64,000 nucleotides of DNA from Candidatus Poribacteria bacterium (GTDB lineage: Bacteria > Poribacteria > WGA-4E > UBA9662). Of this stretch, positions 50,611 through 61,733 are shown piece after piece (the first letter of the stretch is position 1; every line of letters begins with the position of its first letter). Location of the stretch: NCBI GenBank assembly GCA_046582655.1, contig JAYGDX010000063.1, positions 53,277 through 117,276 on the forward strand. The letters run 5' to 3'. Under the pieces are notes generated by a model. The model searched no databases, was not told the origin of the DNA, and was given only the letters and a program-made list of their open reading frames with translations. Made by a program: the position numbers and the translations under genes.

Positions 50611-51165
50611 TCAATTGTTAATGGTCTGAGTAAGATAAGAGGTCAGCCTGTCTAGAGGACGAATAACCGTTACAGTTTCCAGATGTGAACCAACTAAACT
50701 CCGGCTCTCGGCAATTTCTGACATTACTGCATCTGATTCCAAAAATGCAACAACCCGATTTGCGTCCTGGTGAAATTTAGAGATTTCTATCTCCGTATAT
50801 GGGCAAATTTGATCAACACAGAGCAGAACCCGTTTTCGATCTTCATCGAACACAATCACAAATGGATATATCTGACAATCAAGAGGACGGATCGAATAAA
50901 TGGAACATTCCCCCGTTTCAGGTAAAAAGGCAGGACAAATAAACATTTCGTCATAAGCCCTCAGTCGAATCCGTGAACTCTTACCATCGGCAGTAGGGTT
51001 GAAAAGGCCTTGGGAAAATCCAGCTTCAATTGCTCGTTCTCGCTCTTTGGGGGTGAAAACTGGCGCCATAAAACTATCTTGATCGAGAAAATGGCAGCAA
51101 ACATCACATGACAAGCAAATTGGACTTGGAACCGTTTGTTTCAAGTCCAGTTTCTTAACGATCAT
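50611..51165 (-). CDS. YkgJ-family cysteine-cluster (CxxCxxCC) protein
   Basis: CLSCDVCC, CPAF...C.IY..RP.DC..YPF, CP. Confidence 0.85.
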   Translation of the reverse strand: MIVKKLDLKQTVPSPICLSCDVCCHFLDQDSFMAPVFTPKERERAIEAGFSQGLFNPTADGKSSRIRLRAYDEMFICPAFLPETGECSIYSIRPLDCQIYPFVIVFDEDRKRVLLCVDQICPYTEIEISKFHQDANRVVAFLESDAVMSEIAESRSLVGSHLETVTVIRPLDRLTSYLTQTINN

Positions 51166-52436
51166 TGTCCTAAAATCTCTTCGTCATATGAAAAGTCCTG
51201 ATCGATCCATTGCTCTGCATTAATCGCAGTTCCATTTACAACCATCCCCCAATGTAAATGAGAACCAGTCACCTGACCGGTCGCTCCCATTAACCCAATC
51301 TCCTGCCCTTTTTCTACTTGACGACCAATTTCAACCTTAACTTCGCTGAGATGATTATAGCTCGTTGAAACGCCCTGTCCATGATTAATGACCACGGTTT
51401 TGCCATATATGTGTAAATTATCCACCAGAGTTACAATACCACTGTTCCCCACGTATATGGCCGTTCCAACTTGATTCGCAATGTCGATTCCAAGATGATG
51501 CCGTTTCACACCCGTATTGTATTCACGATATTTCCCGAACGGCGATGTCACCCCCCCTAAAGCAGGTCGAATAAAATGCCCTCTCCAAAGTTGCCCTGCT
51601 GTCTTGTTCGCTTGGTTGTATGCTTCCCAACGCTTGGCATTATCCTCATGGCTCTTTGACTTATCCATCATAACCTTTTTCTTTTCTGGCGATAGTTTTA
51701 CATACCCACCGTCTGCAAATTCAATTCTGCCAACTCTGGCAAAAAAGGTCTTCTCTATTACACGCTCCACCTGATCAGTCATCGAGACCATCATTGGATG
51801 AATACCGACGCTCTCTTGCACACCCACGCCAATAAGTAATCGATAAAAATACCCTTGGCTAGAATCAACCTTGATCGGATAGCAACTATAATCTTTATCA
51901 AATATTCTCGCTTTGACTTTCGTCGCAGGCTCACTCGTCTTGATAAAAATTGCCGATGTCTGTCCTTGTTTTGCACTTATTAAATCTGGGAGAGTCTCAA
52001 TTCTTGTTTGCTGATTGTCAACAAAAAAAGTATATTGGACTTGACTGTGGTTCCTGTTTCGTGATTTGTCAGTCGCAACTACGGTAATGCTGTGAAAACC
52101 CTCATCCAGATTGGTCGTATCAATTACGAATGGAGCAGGAGGTCGGTTCGTATAAAATCTACTGAATCGTTTGCGCTTTTCCAGCTTTATCGGAATGTCT
52201 TGATCAATCTGTGCTGTGACAGACTTTAGACCTGTTGATCGATGTGTTGGATCTGTCGACATAATTTCTACATCGATTTTACCACTATAAATTTCTTGAT
52301 CTATTAGTTTCCCTACCTTAAGAATGGGCGGGATAGAATCAAGTAAATAGGGAGAGAACCAATATCCACCCCAACCCAAAATAGCAAAGATAAAAAACAC
52401 GGGTGTAAATTTTCTCTGCGATTTCTTCTTCTTCAT
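51162..52436 (-). CDS. M23-family peptidoglycan endopeptidase with Ig-like domain
   Basis: TM anchor; HLGID, YG..V.I.HG, Y.HL, GATG.VTG.HLHW. Confidence 0.9.
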   Translation of the reverse strand: MKKKKSQRKFTPVFFIFAILGWGGYWFSPYLLDSIPPILKVGKLIDQEIYSGKIDVEIMSTDPTHRSTGLKSVTAQIDQDIPIKLEKRKRFSRFYTNRPPAPFVIDTTNLDEGFHSITVVATDKSRNRNHSQVQYTFFVDNQQTRIETLPDLISAKQGQTSAIFIKTSEPATKVKARIFDKDYSCYPIKVDSSQGYFYRLLIGVGVQESVGIHPMMVSMTDQVERVIEKTFFARVGRIEFADGGYVKLSPEKKKVMMDKSKSHEDNAKRWEAYNQANKTAGQLWRGHFIRPALGGVTSPFGKYREYNTGVKRHHLGIDIANQVGTAIYVGNSGIVTLVDNLHIYGKTVVINHGQGVSTSYNHLSEVKVEIGRQVEKGQEIGLMGATGQVTGSHLHWGMVVNGTAINAEQWIDQDFSYDEEILGQ

Positions 52437-52458
52437 TTCTTGGGCAATAACATTAACA

Positions 52459-53600
52459 TCAACCAGCAAGAATTGATCTTGCTACCTCAATGACGAGATC
52501 AATATCTTCATCTTTCAAAACTGGGTGTATCGACAAACTAACAACGCATTGGAAAGATGATTTGGCATTTGGAAAATCGCCTCGACAATAACTATATTTT
52601 TTTTGATAGAGTGGAAGCAGGTTGAGGGGATATAGTGCACTCCACACTCAATATTCTCCTGGCGCATTCTATTAATAAGCTAACCTCAGTCAACTCCAAA
52701 TGCCTCAATAGATAGAAAGTTGAATAATATAAAGGTGCCAAGCATGACGCCCTAATTTAGATTCTGAAGGTTATGATAATCGCGGGCACATTGCTAAAAC
52801 CTTCTCCATACAAAGTTGCAAAATATTTACGGATTTGATATTGCTCCTTGATTTTGGCTAATTAACATAACCCCATGACTGCTTGAATGTCTGTCCTATT
52901 GCATTCATAACCTTGAGAAACCACTTCATAATACCATACATTACGCGTTGCTGACGTTCCCATGCGTCTTTGTCAATCCCATGTAACTGCATTACTCTAA
53001 TCTCTTTGGCAAATTGATCGTTGTTGGTAATGATCATTCCCCCTCCACCCGTTGCTAGGTTCTTAGTAGCGTAAAAGCTGAAAGAGGTCTCCGAGATTCC
53101 CAATCATTTGTCCTCGATATCGAGTTATGATAGCATTATCAACAGATATTGAATTGTACTTTCGGCAAATATCAGTAATTGATTCCATATCGCATGGATA
53201 ACCAGCAATATGAACCGGTAGTATTGATTTGGTACGCGACGTAATCTTTTCCCTCAATCCGCGAGACATCAATATTGAGATCTAACGGATCTATATCCAC
53301 AAATACCGGAATTGCATGGGCATGGCTGATTGCTTCTGCTGTAGCAGTAAATGTATAGGGTTTATGATTTCATCGCCAGATTCAATCCCAGCTGCAACCA
53401 ATGATAAGTGTAAAGCAGCCGTGCAGGAACTGACTGCAATTGCATGCTTGACACCAATATATTCGGCAAATTTCTGTTCAAATTCTGCTGTCTTAGACCC
53501 AGTACTAATCCATTTTGAATCGATGACCCGACCGATTGCATCGATTTCTTCTTTCCCGATCCACAGACGACATATCGGGATCAATTTATTAGGTATTCCC
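52459..53600 (-). pseudogene. Fragmented DegT/DnrJ/EryC1/StrS aminotransferase
   Basis: Family motifs ([41 protein letters not shown]) split over at least four frames or fragments. Confidence 0.85.
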
Positions 53601-53618
53601 TCACCTAAATGAATTCCC

Positions 53619-53660
53619 AAAAAAGCCAAGCAGCTAGTTTAATCTTCTGCTTGGCTTTTT
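53619..53660. terminator. Bidirectional intrinsic terminator
   Basis: AAAAAAGCCAAGCAG...CTGCTTGGCTTTTT. Confidence 0.75.
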
Positions 53661-53687
53661 GTTATTCCTTCTAAACTTTAACTTTAA

Positions 53688-54263
53688 TTATATCAACGCA
53701 TTTTTACAGGAGAAATCAATGAGTAACCCTATTTCTTTGAGTTGTAGCTGTTCAAGAAAATTTTTCACCTTATCATCTAAACTCTCTGCTGCCTGACACC
53801 AGTCAACGAATTGAACGGCATTCCACTCTTCATTGGATTCAAGTATATCTGTGTACTCTCCCAGTTGTTCAGTCTGAGACAATTCCATCGCATGCCGATG
53901 AAGTTGAAAGTAAATTGGATGCTTGCCGACTCGGCCAAACCAGTATTTTGCATTGCTGTAGTCACTTTCGCGGCGATGCATAATAGCGTGCCAGTAATTC
54001 CCTGTTTTAGTTCCAATGTTCTGCACAATCTTATGTGACGAATCGAGCGCGTCATTCCAAAGCAACAAGCCACTCTTAACACAATCGCCAAACTCTGAAT
54101 CTGTGACAGCAAAACCATCAAACAATTCTCCAAGTGAATAATTTTCGATTCTGATGGTTAGTTCAGAATTCCAATCCTCAGTTGGAGAAAGCGAGGGACA
54201 TGGATCGCGAGATTCCAGTTCCGTAATTATCTTTTTTACAATTTGTGAATACTGCTGACTCAT
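53688..54263 (-). CDS. Conserved hypothetical protein (YWHAIMHRRE.DY.NAKYWF family)
   Basis: Recognisable conserved motif; AGGAG SD before ATG 54263. Confidence 0.75.
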   Translation of the reverse strand: MSQQYSQIVKKIITELESRDPCPSLSPTEDWNSELTIRIENYSLGELFDGFAVTDSEFGDCVKSGLLLWNDALDSSHKIVQNIGTKTGNYWHAIMHRRESDYSNAKYWFGRVGKHPIYFQLHRHAMELSQTEQLGEYTDILESNEEWNAVQFVDWCQAAESLDDKVKNFLEQLQLKEIGLLIDFSCKNALI

Positions 54264-54290
54264 AATATGCACTCCTTGTAACTGCATACC

Positions 54291-54887
54291 TTAAGAGAGT
54301 ATAAGTTTCATTATCATCCCCAATGCCTTGGCACGATGACTAATCTTATTCTTAATTTCTGACCCAAGTTCAGCAAAAGTTTGGTTATACCCCAAAGGAA
54401 CAAAGATTGGATCATAGCCAAACCCGTGTTCTCCGCGCTTGTTAAGGGTGACTTTTCCCTCACAAACACCTTCAACAACTTCAATCACCGTTTCCTCACA
54501 ACTTGGTATCACCAACGCAATTGCACACCTAAATCGAGCTGTCCGCTCAACATCAGGTGTTTTCTCAAGCCTTTTTAATACTTTAGTAATTAATTGATCT
54601 GGCGTTGAATTCTCACCGGCATACCGTGCAGAAAGAACCCCTGGTTCACCATCAAGTGCATCAATCTCCAAACCGGAGTCATCAGCAATGGTGACAGCAT
54701 TTATGTGTTTTGACACCTCCACTGCTTTTTTAATTGCGTTTCCAGCAAAAGTCCTTCGACTCTCAATTATACCAGGGATAGTCGGATAATCAAGAAGTGA
54801 GCGCACGTTGACGAAGCTTTTATCCATTAGTATTTGTCGAAACTCAGCAATTTTCCCACTATTGAGCGTTGCCAATACTAGCTTCAT
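54291..54887 (-). CDS. rdgB: Non-canonical purine NTP pyrophosphatase (RdgB/HAM1)
   Basis: [27 protein letters not shown]; follows rph. Confidence 0.93.
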   Translation of the reverse strand: MKLVLATLNSGKIAEFRQILMDKSFVNVRSLLDYPTIPGIIESRRTFAGNAIKKAVEVSKHINAVTIADDSGLEIDALDGEPGVLSARYAGENSTPDQLITKVLKRLEKTPDVERTARFRCAIALVIPSCEETVIEVVEGVCEGKVTLNKRGEHGFGYDPIFVPLGYNQTFAELGSEIKNKISHRAKALGMIMKLILS

Positions 54888-55620
54888 CTAAGTTCTCATC
54901 AATAATTCGATTTTGTAACCGAACCAGATCGCCAACTCCCGCGGTCCCAAGCCCTATCATCTGATCAAGCTCACTTTGTGAAAAGGGACTTTCTTCGGCT
55001 GTTCCCTGCAACTCAATGAATCTGCCATCTCCCGCCATGACAATATTCATATCTACATCCGCTCTGGAGTCCTCTTCGTAAGACAAATCAAGCATCAGCA
55101 CACCATCAATCACACCAACGCTGATTGCGGCGACATTAGTTTCAATCGGAACGTCCTTGATTGCGCCACAATCTTTTAGCCATTTACAAGCATCCCATAA
55201 AGCAATAAATGCTCCAGTGATCGCTGATGTTCGAGTACCACCATCAGCCTGAATGACATCACAGTCAATCCAAATGGTACGTTCTCCAAGCACCTCAAGA
55301 TCAGTGATAGCACGCATTGACCTTCCAATTAAACGTTGGATTTCTTGAGTCCTTCCACCAGCCCGTCCACGTGTAATCTCGCGCTGCATCCGATCATGCG
55401 TGGATCTAGGTAACATTGAGTACTCAGCAGTAACCCAGCCTTTATTCCGAATATTCTGTGTTTTCATAAAACGAGGTCTCTCATCTTCGATTGAAGCTGT
55501 GCATATCACTTCAGTACCTCCAACCTGAATCAACACAGACCCTTCCGGATGCTGCAGGTAATGTCTTATGATGGTCACAGGTCGCATCTGATCTTGGCGG
55601 CGACCATCAGATCTTTGCAT
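54859..55620 (-). CDS. rph: Ribonuclease PH
   Basis: [39 protein letters not shown]. Confidence 0.97.
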   Translation of the reverse strand: MQRSDGRRQDQMRPVTIIRHYLQHPEGSVLIQVGGTEVICTASIEDERPRFMKTQNIRNKGWVTAEYSMLPRSTHDRMQREITRGRAGGRTQEIQRLIGRSMRAITDLEVLGERTIWIDCDVIQADGGTRTSAITGAFIALWDACKWLKDCGAIKDVPIETNVAAISVGVIDGVLMLDLSYEEDSRADVDMNIVMAGDGRFIELQGTAEESPFSQSELDQMIGLGTAGVGDLVRLQNRIIDENLDEASIGNAQ

Positions 55621-55660
55621 TTACGCCCCTTACAATATACTATTTTGATTACAATTTCAA

Positions 55661-56008
55661 CTACCCATAAAGATCAAAACCAGGAAAATCAATTTGATTA
55701 ATAGAAGAGTTGATTTGTTGGTAATTGGGCACAGACTGCGTGATGTTTGGAGCGGAATATGGAACTCGAACCGAGTGAGGGACAGACAATGTAGTACTAA
55801 CTATTGGTATCTTTTCTACAGATACTGAATGGGGAATAGAAGGATCATTGACAAACTGAAAATCTATTCCAACATCAATTTCACTCCTCAACTGCTTTAG
55901 CCTATCTTTAGCTAACTCGACAGACTTGGCGAAGCCTTCGCGATCAAAACCGCGGTGACGATAGAAAAGCGTCTTATTCAAATCCACTGCTAGCACAAAA
56001 CCACCCAT
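55661..56008 (-). CDS. Hypothetical protein
   Basis: 115-aa ORF filling the gap between the ligase and rph; no motif recognised. Confidence 0.45.
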   Translation of the reverse strand: MGGFVLAVDLNKTLFYRHRGFDREGFAKSVELAKDRLKQLRSEIDVGIDFQFVNDPSIPHSVSVEKIPIVSTTLSVPHSVRVPYSAPNITQSVPNYQQINSSINQIDFPGFDLYG

Positions 56009-56086
56009 GCCGGACTTTAAAAGCTAGGATTATATCATCCTCGCAAACAACCCGTCAATTGAAAACGCTGCTTATAAACGCTCGGG

Positions 56087-57655
56087 TTAATTGATTCGGA
56101 TATCAATACCTCGCTCAATTTCACCTTTGCAGATCAATTCTCGCTTGAGAATTTTCCCCGTTGGAGATTTCGGTAACTGATCAACGAATTCAACAATTCT
56201 CGGTATCTGATGCCTACCAAGATTTCTCCGGCATAGATCGAGGATATTATTTTTGGATGCACTTTCCTGGGGCTTTAAGGCAATTACCGCCCGCGGCACC
56301 TCTCCATGTAAATCGTCCGGTTCCGGCACAACAGCAACTTCCAACACCGCAACATGCTGATAAATAACTTCCTCAATCATTCGCGGGTAAACATTCATAC
56401 CGTTTACGATGATCATATCTTTATTTCGATCAATAATGTAGAAATAGTCTTCATCATCAACATAACCCATATCACCTGTACGATACCACTCTTCGAAAAA
56501 TGATTCAGCAGTTTCTTTCGGCATTTTGAAATATCCTTTCATCACATTTTCACCGCGAACGACAATCTCGCCAATTTCATCTGTTGACATTTCATTCCCG
56601 TCTTGATCAACAATCTTCATCTGCACTTCAGGAATTGCTTTTCCAATAGAACCCGGCTTACGCTCCCCATATATCGGATTAATTGAAGTTACTGGAGAAC
56701 ACTCTGTTGGACCATCGCCCTCGCAAATTGGAACATTATATTTCGTTTCAAACCGCTTCATCACTTCTGCTGGAAGTGCCGCACCTCCGGAAAAACATAT
56801 TCGTAATGAAGAGAAATCCGGTTTTCGATTACCAGGAATATTAGCAAAGATCGTATACATCGATGGAACACCCATAAATATAGTTGCCTGTGTTTCATGA
56901 ATCACTTTTGCTACCTCGTCCGGCATGAATTGAGGGACAGCAATGATCGTCGCACCTCCAGCAATCGGCGTGTTCATACCAACTGTCGATCCGAAAGAAT
57001 GAAACATCGGTAGCACCGTTAAAAAAATATCGTTATCTCGTAGATCTATTGATTGCAGTATCGAATTTACGTTGTGCAATAAATTGCGGTGAGTAAGCAT
57101 TGCCCCTTTCGGCTTACCAGTAGTACCAGAAGTATAAATAATGGAAGCAACATGTTCTTCTTGATCAACCTCAGCAATAGCAAACGCTGAATTCTCGTCA
57201 GCAATTATGTCAGTAATCGGTCGAGCCCCTAGATCCGTTGTTTGCCCAATAACAACTAGGTTTTTCAAGTGCGGCAAACGATCTTTCATAGAGATAACGT
57301 TCTGCTCAAACGCATCAAAATAAATTAACGTTTTGGATTCTGAGTTCGACAGTATATACTCAATCTCATTGACATTAAGTAACAGATTGATAGGTACAAC
57401 AGTTGCTCCAACTTTTAGAATCCCATAATAAGCAACAACGAACCAAGGTGAATTGATACAATATAATGCTACTTTGTCTCCTAGAATGACACCTGTGCTT
57501 TTCAGTGCGTTCGCGACTTTATTGGACATCTCCTCAAGTTACATATATGAGGTAATTTCGTCTCGAAAAATTACGGCTGTTTTCTTTGGCAATCTCTGTG
57601 CGGTAGCAGATAACATTGCGCCAAGTGATTGAAATTCTTCGTGGAGTCCTAACAT
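56087..57655 (-). pseudogene. Long-chain-fatty-acid--CoA ligase with in-frame TAA at codon 39
   Basis: YTSGTTGKPKG, G.TE, RTGD and GKI motifs; upstream ATG 57655 with AAAGGT SD is in frame except for TAA at 57539-57541. Confidence 0.75.
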
Positions 57656-57712
57656 AAAATACCTTTAAGTATCATATTCACATTTACAAAACGCGGCAGA
57701 GGTAATAGCCAT

Positions 57713-59035
57713 TCACTTTCCGTGGATAATGGATCTTGAATAGCCATTGAATTGTACTATTACCTCTGCAATGGTAAGTTTGATCATTGCCGTAATCGGA
57801 ACAGCCATTAGGAGTCCGATAAACCCAAGGAACTGCTCTCCCAATAAAACAACCACAATGGTCGTAATCGGTCCAAGTTCAACACTCTTACCAATCAACA
57901 AAGGAAAGATAACAGCATTGTCAATTACTTGGACCGCAATCGTTATCAAACCAATACCCATTAAACTCCAACCAAAGCCAAATCGCGTTTCTATCTCAAT
58001 AAAAGCAATAATTATGGCAGGAACCGCACCGATAAACGGCCCAACATAAGGTATGAGATTAGCAAGTCCCGCAATAAGTCCCAAAATCAAGGCAAACTTG
58101 AGCCCCAAAACCCAGTAGCCGATTGCGCATAAGATAGAAATCAGTATTGTTTGGATGACACGGCTACGAAGGTAATCGCCTAACTGCCGATTGAGTCCGT
58201 CCAGTAAGATGAGAAATGGTTCGAAAAAACGATTCGGAACAATTCGAATAAATGTTTTTTTAATTTCCTCTCCACTACTGAGCATAAAAAAAGTCAGGAA
58301 AAAAACAATAATCCCCGTGGTAAAAGCAGAAAATAGTCCTTTAGCAGAACTAGTGAGTGTTCTAATCACCCCTTCTGATTGGTTACGTAGAAATGCATTT
58401 ATTTTGTCAATACTTGATTGGATAAGTATCTCCCGTGCATCATGGTTCTGGGGATCTCCATTGCCTGAAGACACATCTCCCAAACTTTTTATGAGAAGAT
58501 ATTGTATAGACTTTGGTAATCGTTCAATGTATGTAATTCCCAAAGCAGCAAAATCACTTCTCCACTCTGGCCTCTGCATATAGACAACTTGTGCTTGAAC
58601 CTGCCTGATTGCAATAGATGCGGCAAAAATAACACCCGCAAGGATAAATAATGTAAGAACCAGTATTGTTATTAACCGATTAACACCTCTGCGTTCAACA
58701 TGTTTAACAACTGGACTTAGGACATAGGCAATCAAGAAAGAGAATAGCAATAATGTCGCCGTGTTCTTAATCAGGTAAATACCGGCAAGTATAATTGCGA
58801 CTGCGATAACACTGGTACTAAGGACAATGATTCTTAGAATAGTATTGCTTTCACGGATGTGACGGGTTTGCTCGCGACTCTCACCCATCGTATTTTGAGC
58901 GGAGCACGCAATTTCGCTCAAGCTCTCTATAATTGGTGCGATCGTCTCAATGGCGAGTATTCCTGCTGTCGAATAGGGTTGATTCGACGATTGTTCTGAG
59001 TTGGTGGAATTGGGGGCTGTTTTTTCTTCGTTCAT
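57713..59035 (-). CDS. AI-2E family transporter
   Basis: AYVLSP.V, NLIPYVGP, Q.IDN..I.P...G..V.L.P. Confidence 0.88.
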   Translation of the reverse strand: MNEEKTAPNSTNSEQSSNQPYSTAGILAIETIAPIIESLSEIACSAQNTMGESREQTRHIRESNTILRIIVLSTSVIAVAIILAGIYLIKNTATLLLFSFLIAYVLSPVVKHVERRGVNRLITILVLTLFILAGVIFAASIAIRQVQAQVVYMQRPEWRSDFAALGITYIERLPKSIQYLLIKSLGDVSSGNGDPQNHDAREILIQSSIDKINAFLRNQSEGVIRTLTSSAKGLFSAFTTGIIVFFLTFFMLSSGEEIKKTFIRIVPNRFFEPFLILLDGLNRQLGDYLRSRVIQTILISILCAIGYWVLGLKFALILGLIAGLANLIPYVGPFIGAVPAIIIAFIEIETRFGFGWSLMGIGLITIAVQVIDNAVIFPLLIGKSVELGPITTIVVVLLGEQFLGFIGLLMAVPITAMIKLTIAEVIVQFNGYSRSIIHGK

Positions 59036-59682
59036 TCTTCGGTTTTTATTTTGAAATCCTCAACACTCTGGTGTGAATCTTCAGTTTTTGTTTTTATCTC
59101 TTGGGTTAAATTTTGAAGTCGATCGATTTCATATTGGGCCTTTTGCAATTCTTGATTGGTAAATCTCAATCTAGAGGCAAGAACCCGCGCCAGCACAAAG
59201 ATGACCTTAGACGCTAGTTTAGGGTCTGATTCGATCAAATTGAGGAGTTCAGGTCGAAAGAATCCAATAATTTTTGATGGCTGAATTGCGGTAACTGTAG
59301 CTGTACGCGGAGCACTGTCCAACAGACCAACATCTCCAAAAAAAGTACCATCTTCTAAAGTCGTTAAAGTAATGATTGTACTATCTTCTACTTCTCGTGT
59401 TACCTTGACGGCACCATCCAGAATGACATACATCCCAGCGGAATCCTGTCCTTCAATGACGATAATTTCATTTTCAGCGTATGTGCGCTGGTAAGCAATT
59501 CTGGCGAAATTTCGCAGTTCCCGATTGCTTAGACCATCAAAAATCTGGATCTGTTTAAGAATGTCAATAGTATCGCGCTCAACTTGCTTTCGATCCGTTC
59601 GTCCAGCGACAGAATCCCAAAGCCCATCACAGTATTCGGTCTCCGACATAATTCCCATGTTATCTGTAGGATTTTGATGCAT
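59032..59682 (-). CDS. Cyclic-nucleotide-binding domain protein (no HTH)
   Basis: IF.GLS..EL, EG.....MYVI..G.V.V, G.FFGD..LLD..PRTATV.A. Confidence 0.88.
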   Translation of the reverse strand: MHQNPTDNMGIMSETEYCDGLWDSVAGRTDRKQVERDTIDILKQIQIFDGLSNRELRNFARIAYQRTYAENEIIVIEGQDSAGMYVILDGAVKVTREVEDSTIITLTTLEDGTFFGDVGLLDSAPRTATVTAIQPSKIIGFFRPELLNLIESDPKLASKVIFVLARVLASRLRFTNQELQKAQYEIDRLQNLTQEIKTKTEDSHQSVEDFKIKTEE

Positions 59683-59686
59683 TTTA

Positions 59687-60874
59687 TTACAGTTGGTAAA
59701 TTTTGTCAACCGAAGTGCGCGATTCAATCAGTGCTTGAATAACTTTTCGAATGTCATCGTCTGTATGGGTGGCAATAACCGATATTCTCAGACGACTGGT
59801 GCCTTCAGGGACGGTGGGAGGCCGGATTGCAGGTGCATAAACGCCATGTTCAAATAGAACTTCTGAGAAATGCAATGTTCGCTTTGCAGATCCAATAATC
59901 AGTGGAATAATCTGCGTTTCATTTACCAAGAAATCAAATTTATGTTGATGAAGCTCATTTTTCAGTTTTCGCGCATTTCCCAACAGTTTTTGGCGAGTTT
60001 CGACGCAGGAATGGATGATATCAACTGCGGTCGCTGCCGCTGCCAGAGTCGCAGGAGGAAGACCGGTAGAAAAAATAAAACTTCGGGCTTGATTAATCAA
60101 TAGATCAATCAGGTTTTTGCTGGCGGCAACATACCCTCCAAGTCCGCCGACGGCCTTGCTTAAAGTACCAATTTGAATAATATCCCGATTCTTACTAAGT
60201 CCAAAATATTCAACCGTTCCGCTCCCCTTTCTTCCTAAAACCCCAAACCCATGTGCGTCATCAACGATCAGCCTTGCACCATATCGGCAGGCTAAATCAT
60301 AGATAGCTGGAAGTGGTGCAATATCACCATCCATGCTGAAGACACCATCAGTGATGATCCACCGACGCTGATATCTGCCAGCGTCTTTGAGCAAGTGTTC
60401 CAAGTGAGTCAGATCGGAATGCAAATAAATTAATTTTTCGGCTTTACTTAAGCGGCAACCGTCTATGATGCTGGCGTGATTCAATTGGTCACTCAAGATC
60501 AGATCGCCCTCGACGGCTAGAACTGAAATCACTCCAATGTTAGCCAAATAACCCGAACTGAAGACAATCGCAGCTTCAGTTTGTTTGAGCTTAGCAATTT
60601 TTTCCTCCAGTTCCGCATAGAGGTTGAGATTCCCAGTCGTCAACCTCGATCCGCTTGATCCAGTTCCAAATCCTACCAAGGCGTTCTTGGCCGCTTCAAT
60701 TACCTGAGGATGGGCACTAAGGCCAAGATAATTGTTTGATCCCAGAAGAATTATCTCCCGACCATCAATCTTAGCCCGTCCAAGTGGCAGGCTCTCAACT
60801 GACCTCAGTGAACGCCAAAGATTATTTTGTCTCAGTCGTCCGATCTCATCTTTAATCCAGGAATGGTGATCCAT
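59687..60874 (-). CDS. bioF: 8-amino-7-oxononanoate synthase
   Basis: SNNYLGL, SD.LNHASIIDG, GVFSMDGD, DDAHG, GTLSKA, IRPPTVP.GTSRLR. Confidence 0.9.
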   Translation of the reverse strand: MDHHSWIKDEIGRLRQNNLWRSLRSVESLPLGRAKIDGREIILLGSNNYLGLSAHPQVIEAAKNALVGFGTGSSGSRLTTGNLNLYAELEEKIAKLKQTEAAIVFSSGYLANIGVISVLAVEGDLILSDQLNHASIIDGCRLSKAEKLIYLHSDLTHLEHLLKDAGRYQRRWIITDGVFSMDGDIAPLPAIYDLACRYGARLIVDDAHGFGVLGRKGSGTVEYFGLSKNRDIIQIGTLSKAVGGLGGYVAASKNLIDLLINQARSFIFSTGLPPATLAAAATAVDIIHSCVETRQKLLGNARKLKNELHQHKFDFLVNETQIIPLIIGSAKRTLHFSEVLFEHGVYAPAIRPPTVPEGTSRLRISVIATHTDDDIRKVIQALIESRTSVDKIYQL

Positions 60875-60928
60875 ACCAAAATTATATGCAGATGGTTAAA
60901 ATCTTTCAACAATTCCATCATACATTCT

Positions 60929-60957
60929 TTGACAAAAAGAACGGCATATAGGATAAT
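60929..60957 (+). promoter_or_regulatory. Sigma70-type promoter upstream of the PhyH-thiE operon
   Basis: TTGACA-N17-GATAAT. Confidence 0.65.
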
Positions 60958-60992
60958 TAACTTTCATGAACAGACAGTGTCGAGGCTGAATA

Positions 60993-61730
60993 ATGCTTTT
61001 AATTAATGAAGACAAAAAAAAATTCAAAGAAAACGGTTATCTAATCAAACGAAAAGTAATAGATCCCAAGCGTGTTGAGGCTGCTTTAGATGTGATCTGG
61101 GAAAATATCGAGGAAGACCGAAATAATCCAGAAACATGGATAGGCAAAGGCTACCGCGTCGCGCCTGTTGGTGGTGAAGAAGCATTAAAACGTATCGTCT
61201 ATAGCGATCCTGTCTTTACTATGGCTGAAGAATTAGTCGGTAAAGGTCAACTGCACCCAGATGGTGGGGCAGGTCCGCATTTGGGTTTCCCCAATCCAGC
61301 TGCAGACTGGAACCCACCGCGACAGGGACATCTTGATGGATACCATACGCCATCAAACGGTGTACCCAAAGGAACTGTCAGCAGTTTTACGCTGGGCGCG
61401 ACAGTTTATCTTGATCAGGTTCCGTCAAAGGGTGGAGGTTTCACCATATGGCCGGGAAGTCATATCGTTTGGGCGGAGTATTTTCAGTATCACGATATTG
61501 ATAGCTTGCCTGGAGGGATTGCCCCTTTTGACCTCGGTGAAGGGCTTGAATTCACTGGATCATCAGGTGATGTTTGTTTTTGGCATCACCTGATGACACA
61601 TACAGCTGGTTCGAATGTAGGGCAGAACATTAGAATGGCTGCAATCTCTCGTTTGCGACGCAAGGATCTAAATGACATTACAGACGAATTTCCTGAAGAT
61701 ATGTGGAAATACTGGGAAGGTATAAGCTAG
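60993..61730 (+). CDS. PhyH family Fe/2OG dioxygenase
   Basis: HLD, GGFTIWPGSH, G..GDV...HH...H. Confidence 0.85.
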   Translation: MLLINEDKKKFKENGYLIKRKVIDPKRVEAALDVIWENIEEDRNNPETWIGKGYRVAPVGGEEALKRIVYSDPVFTMAEELVGKGQLHPDGGAGPHLGFPNPAADWNPPRQGHLDGYHTPSNGVPKGTVSSFTLGATVYLDQVPSKGGGFTIWPGSHIVWAEYFQYHDIDSLPGGIAPFDLGEGLEFTGSSGDVCFWHHLMTHTAGSNVGQNIRMAAISRLRRKDLNDITDEFPEDMWKYWEGIS

Positions 61731-61733
61731 CAA

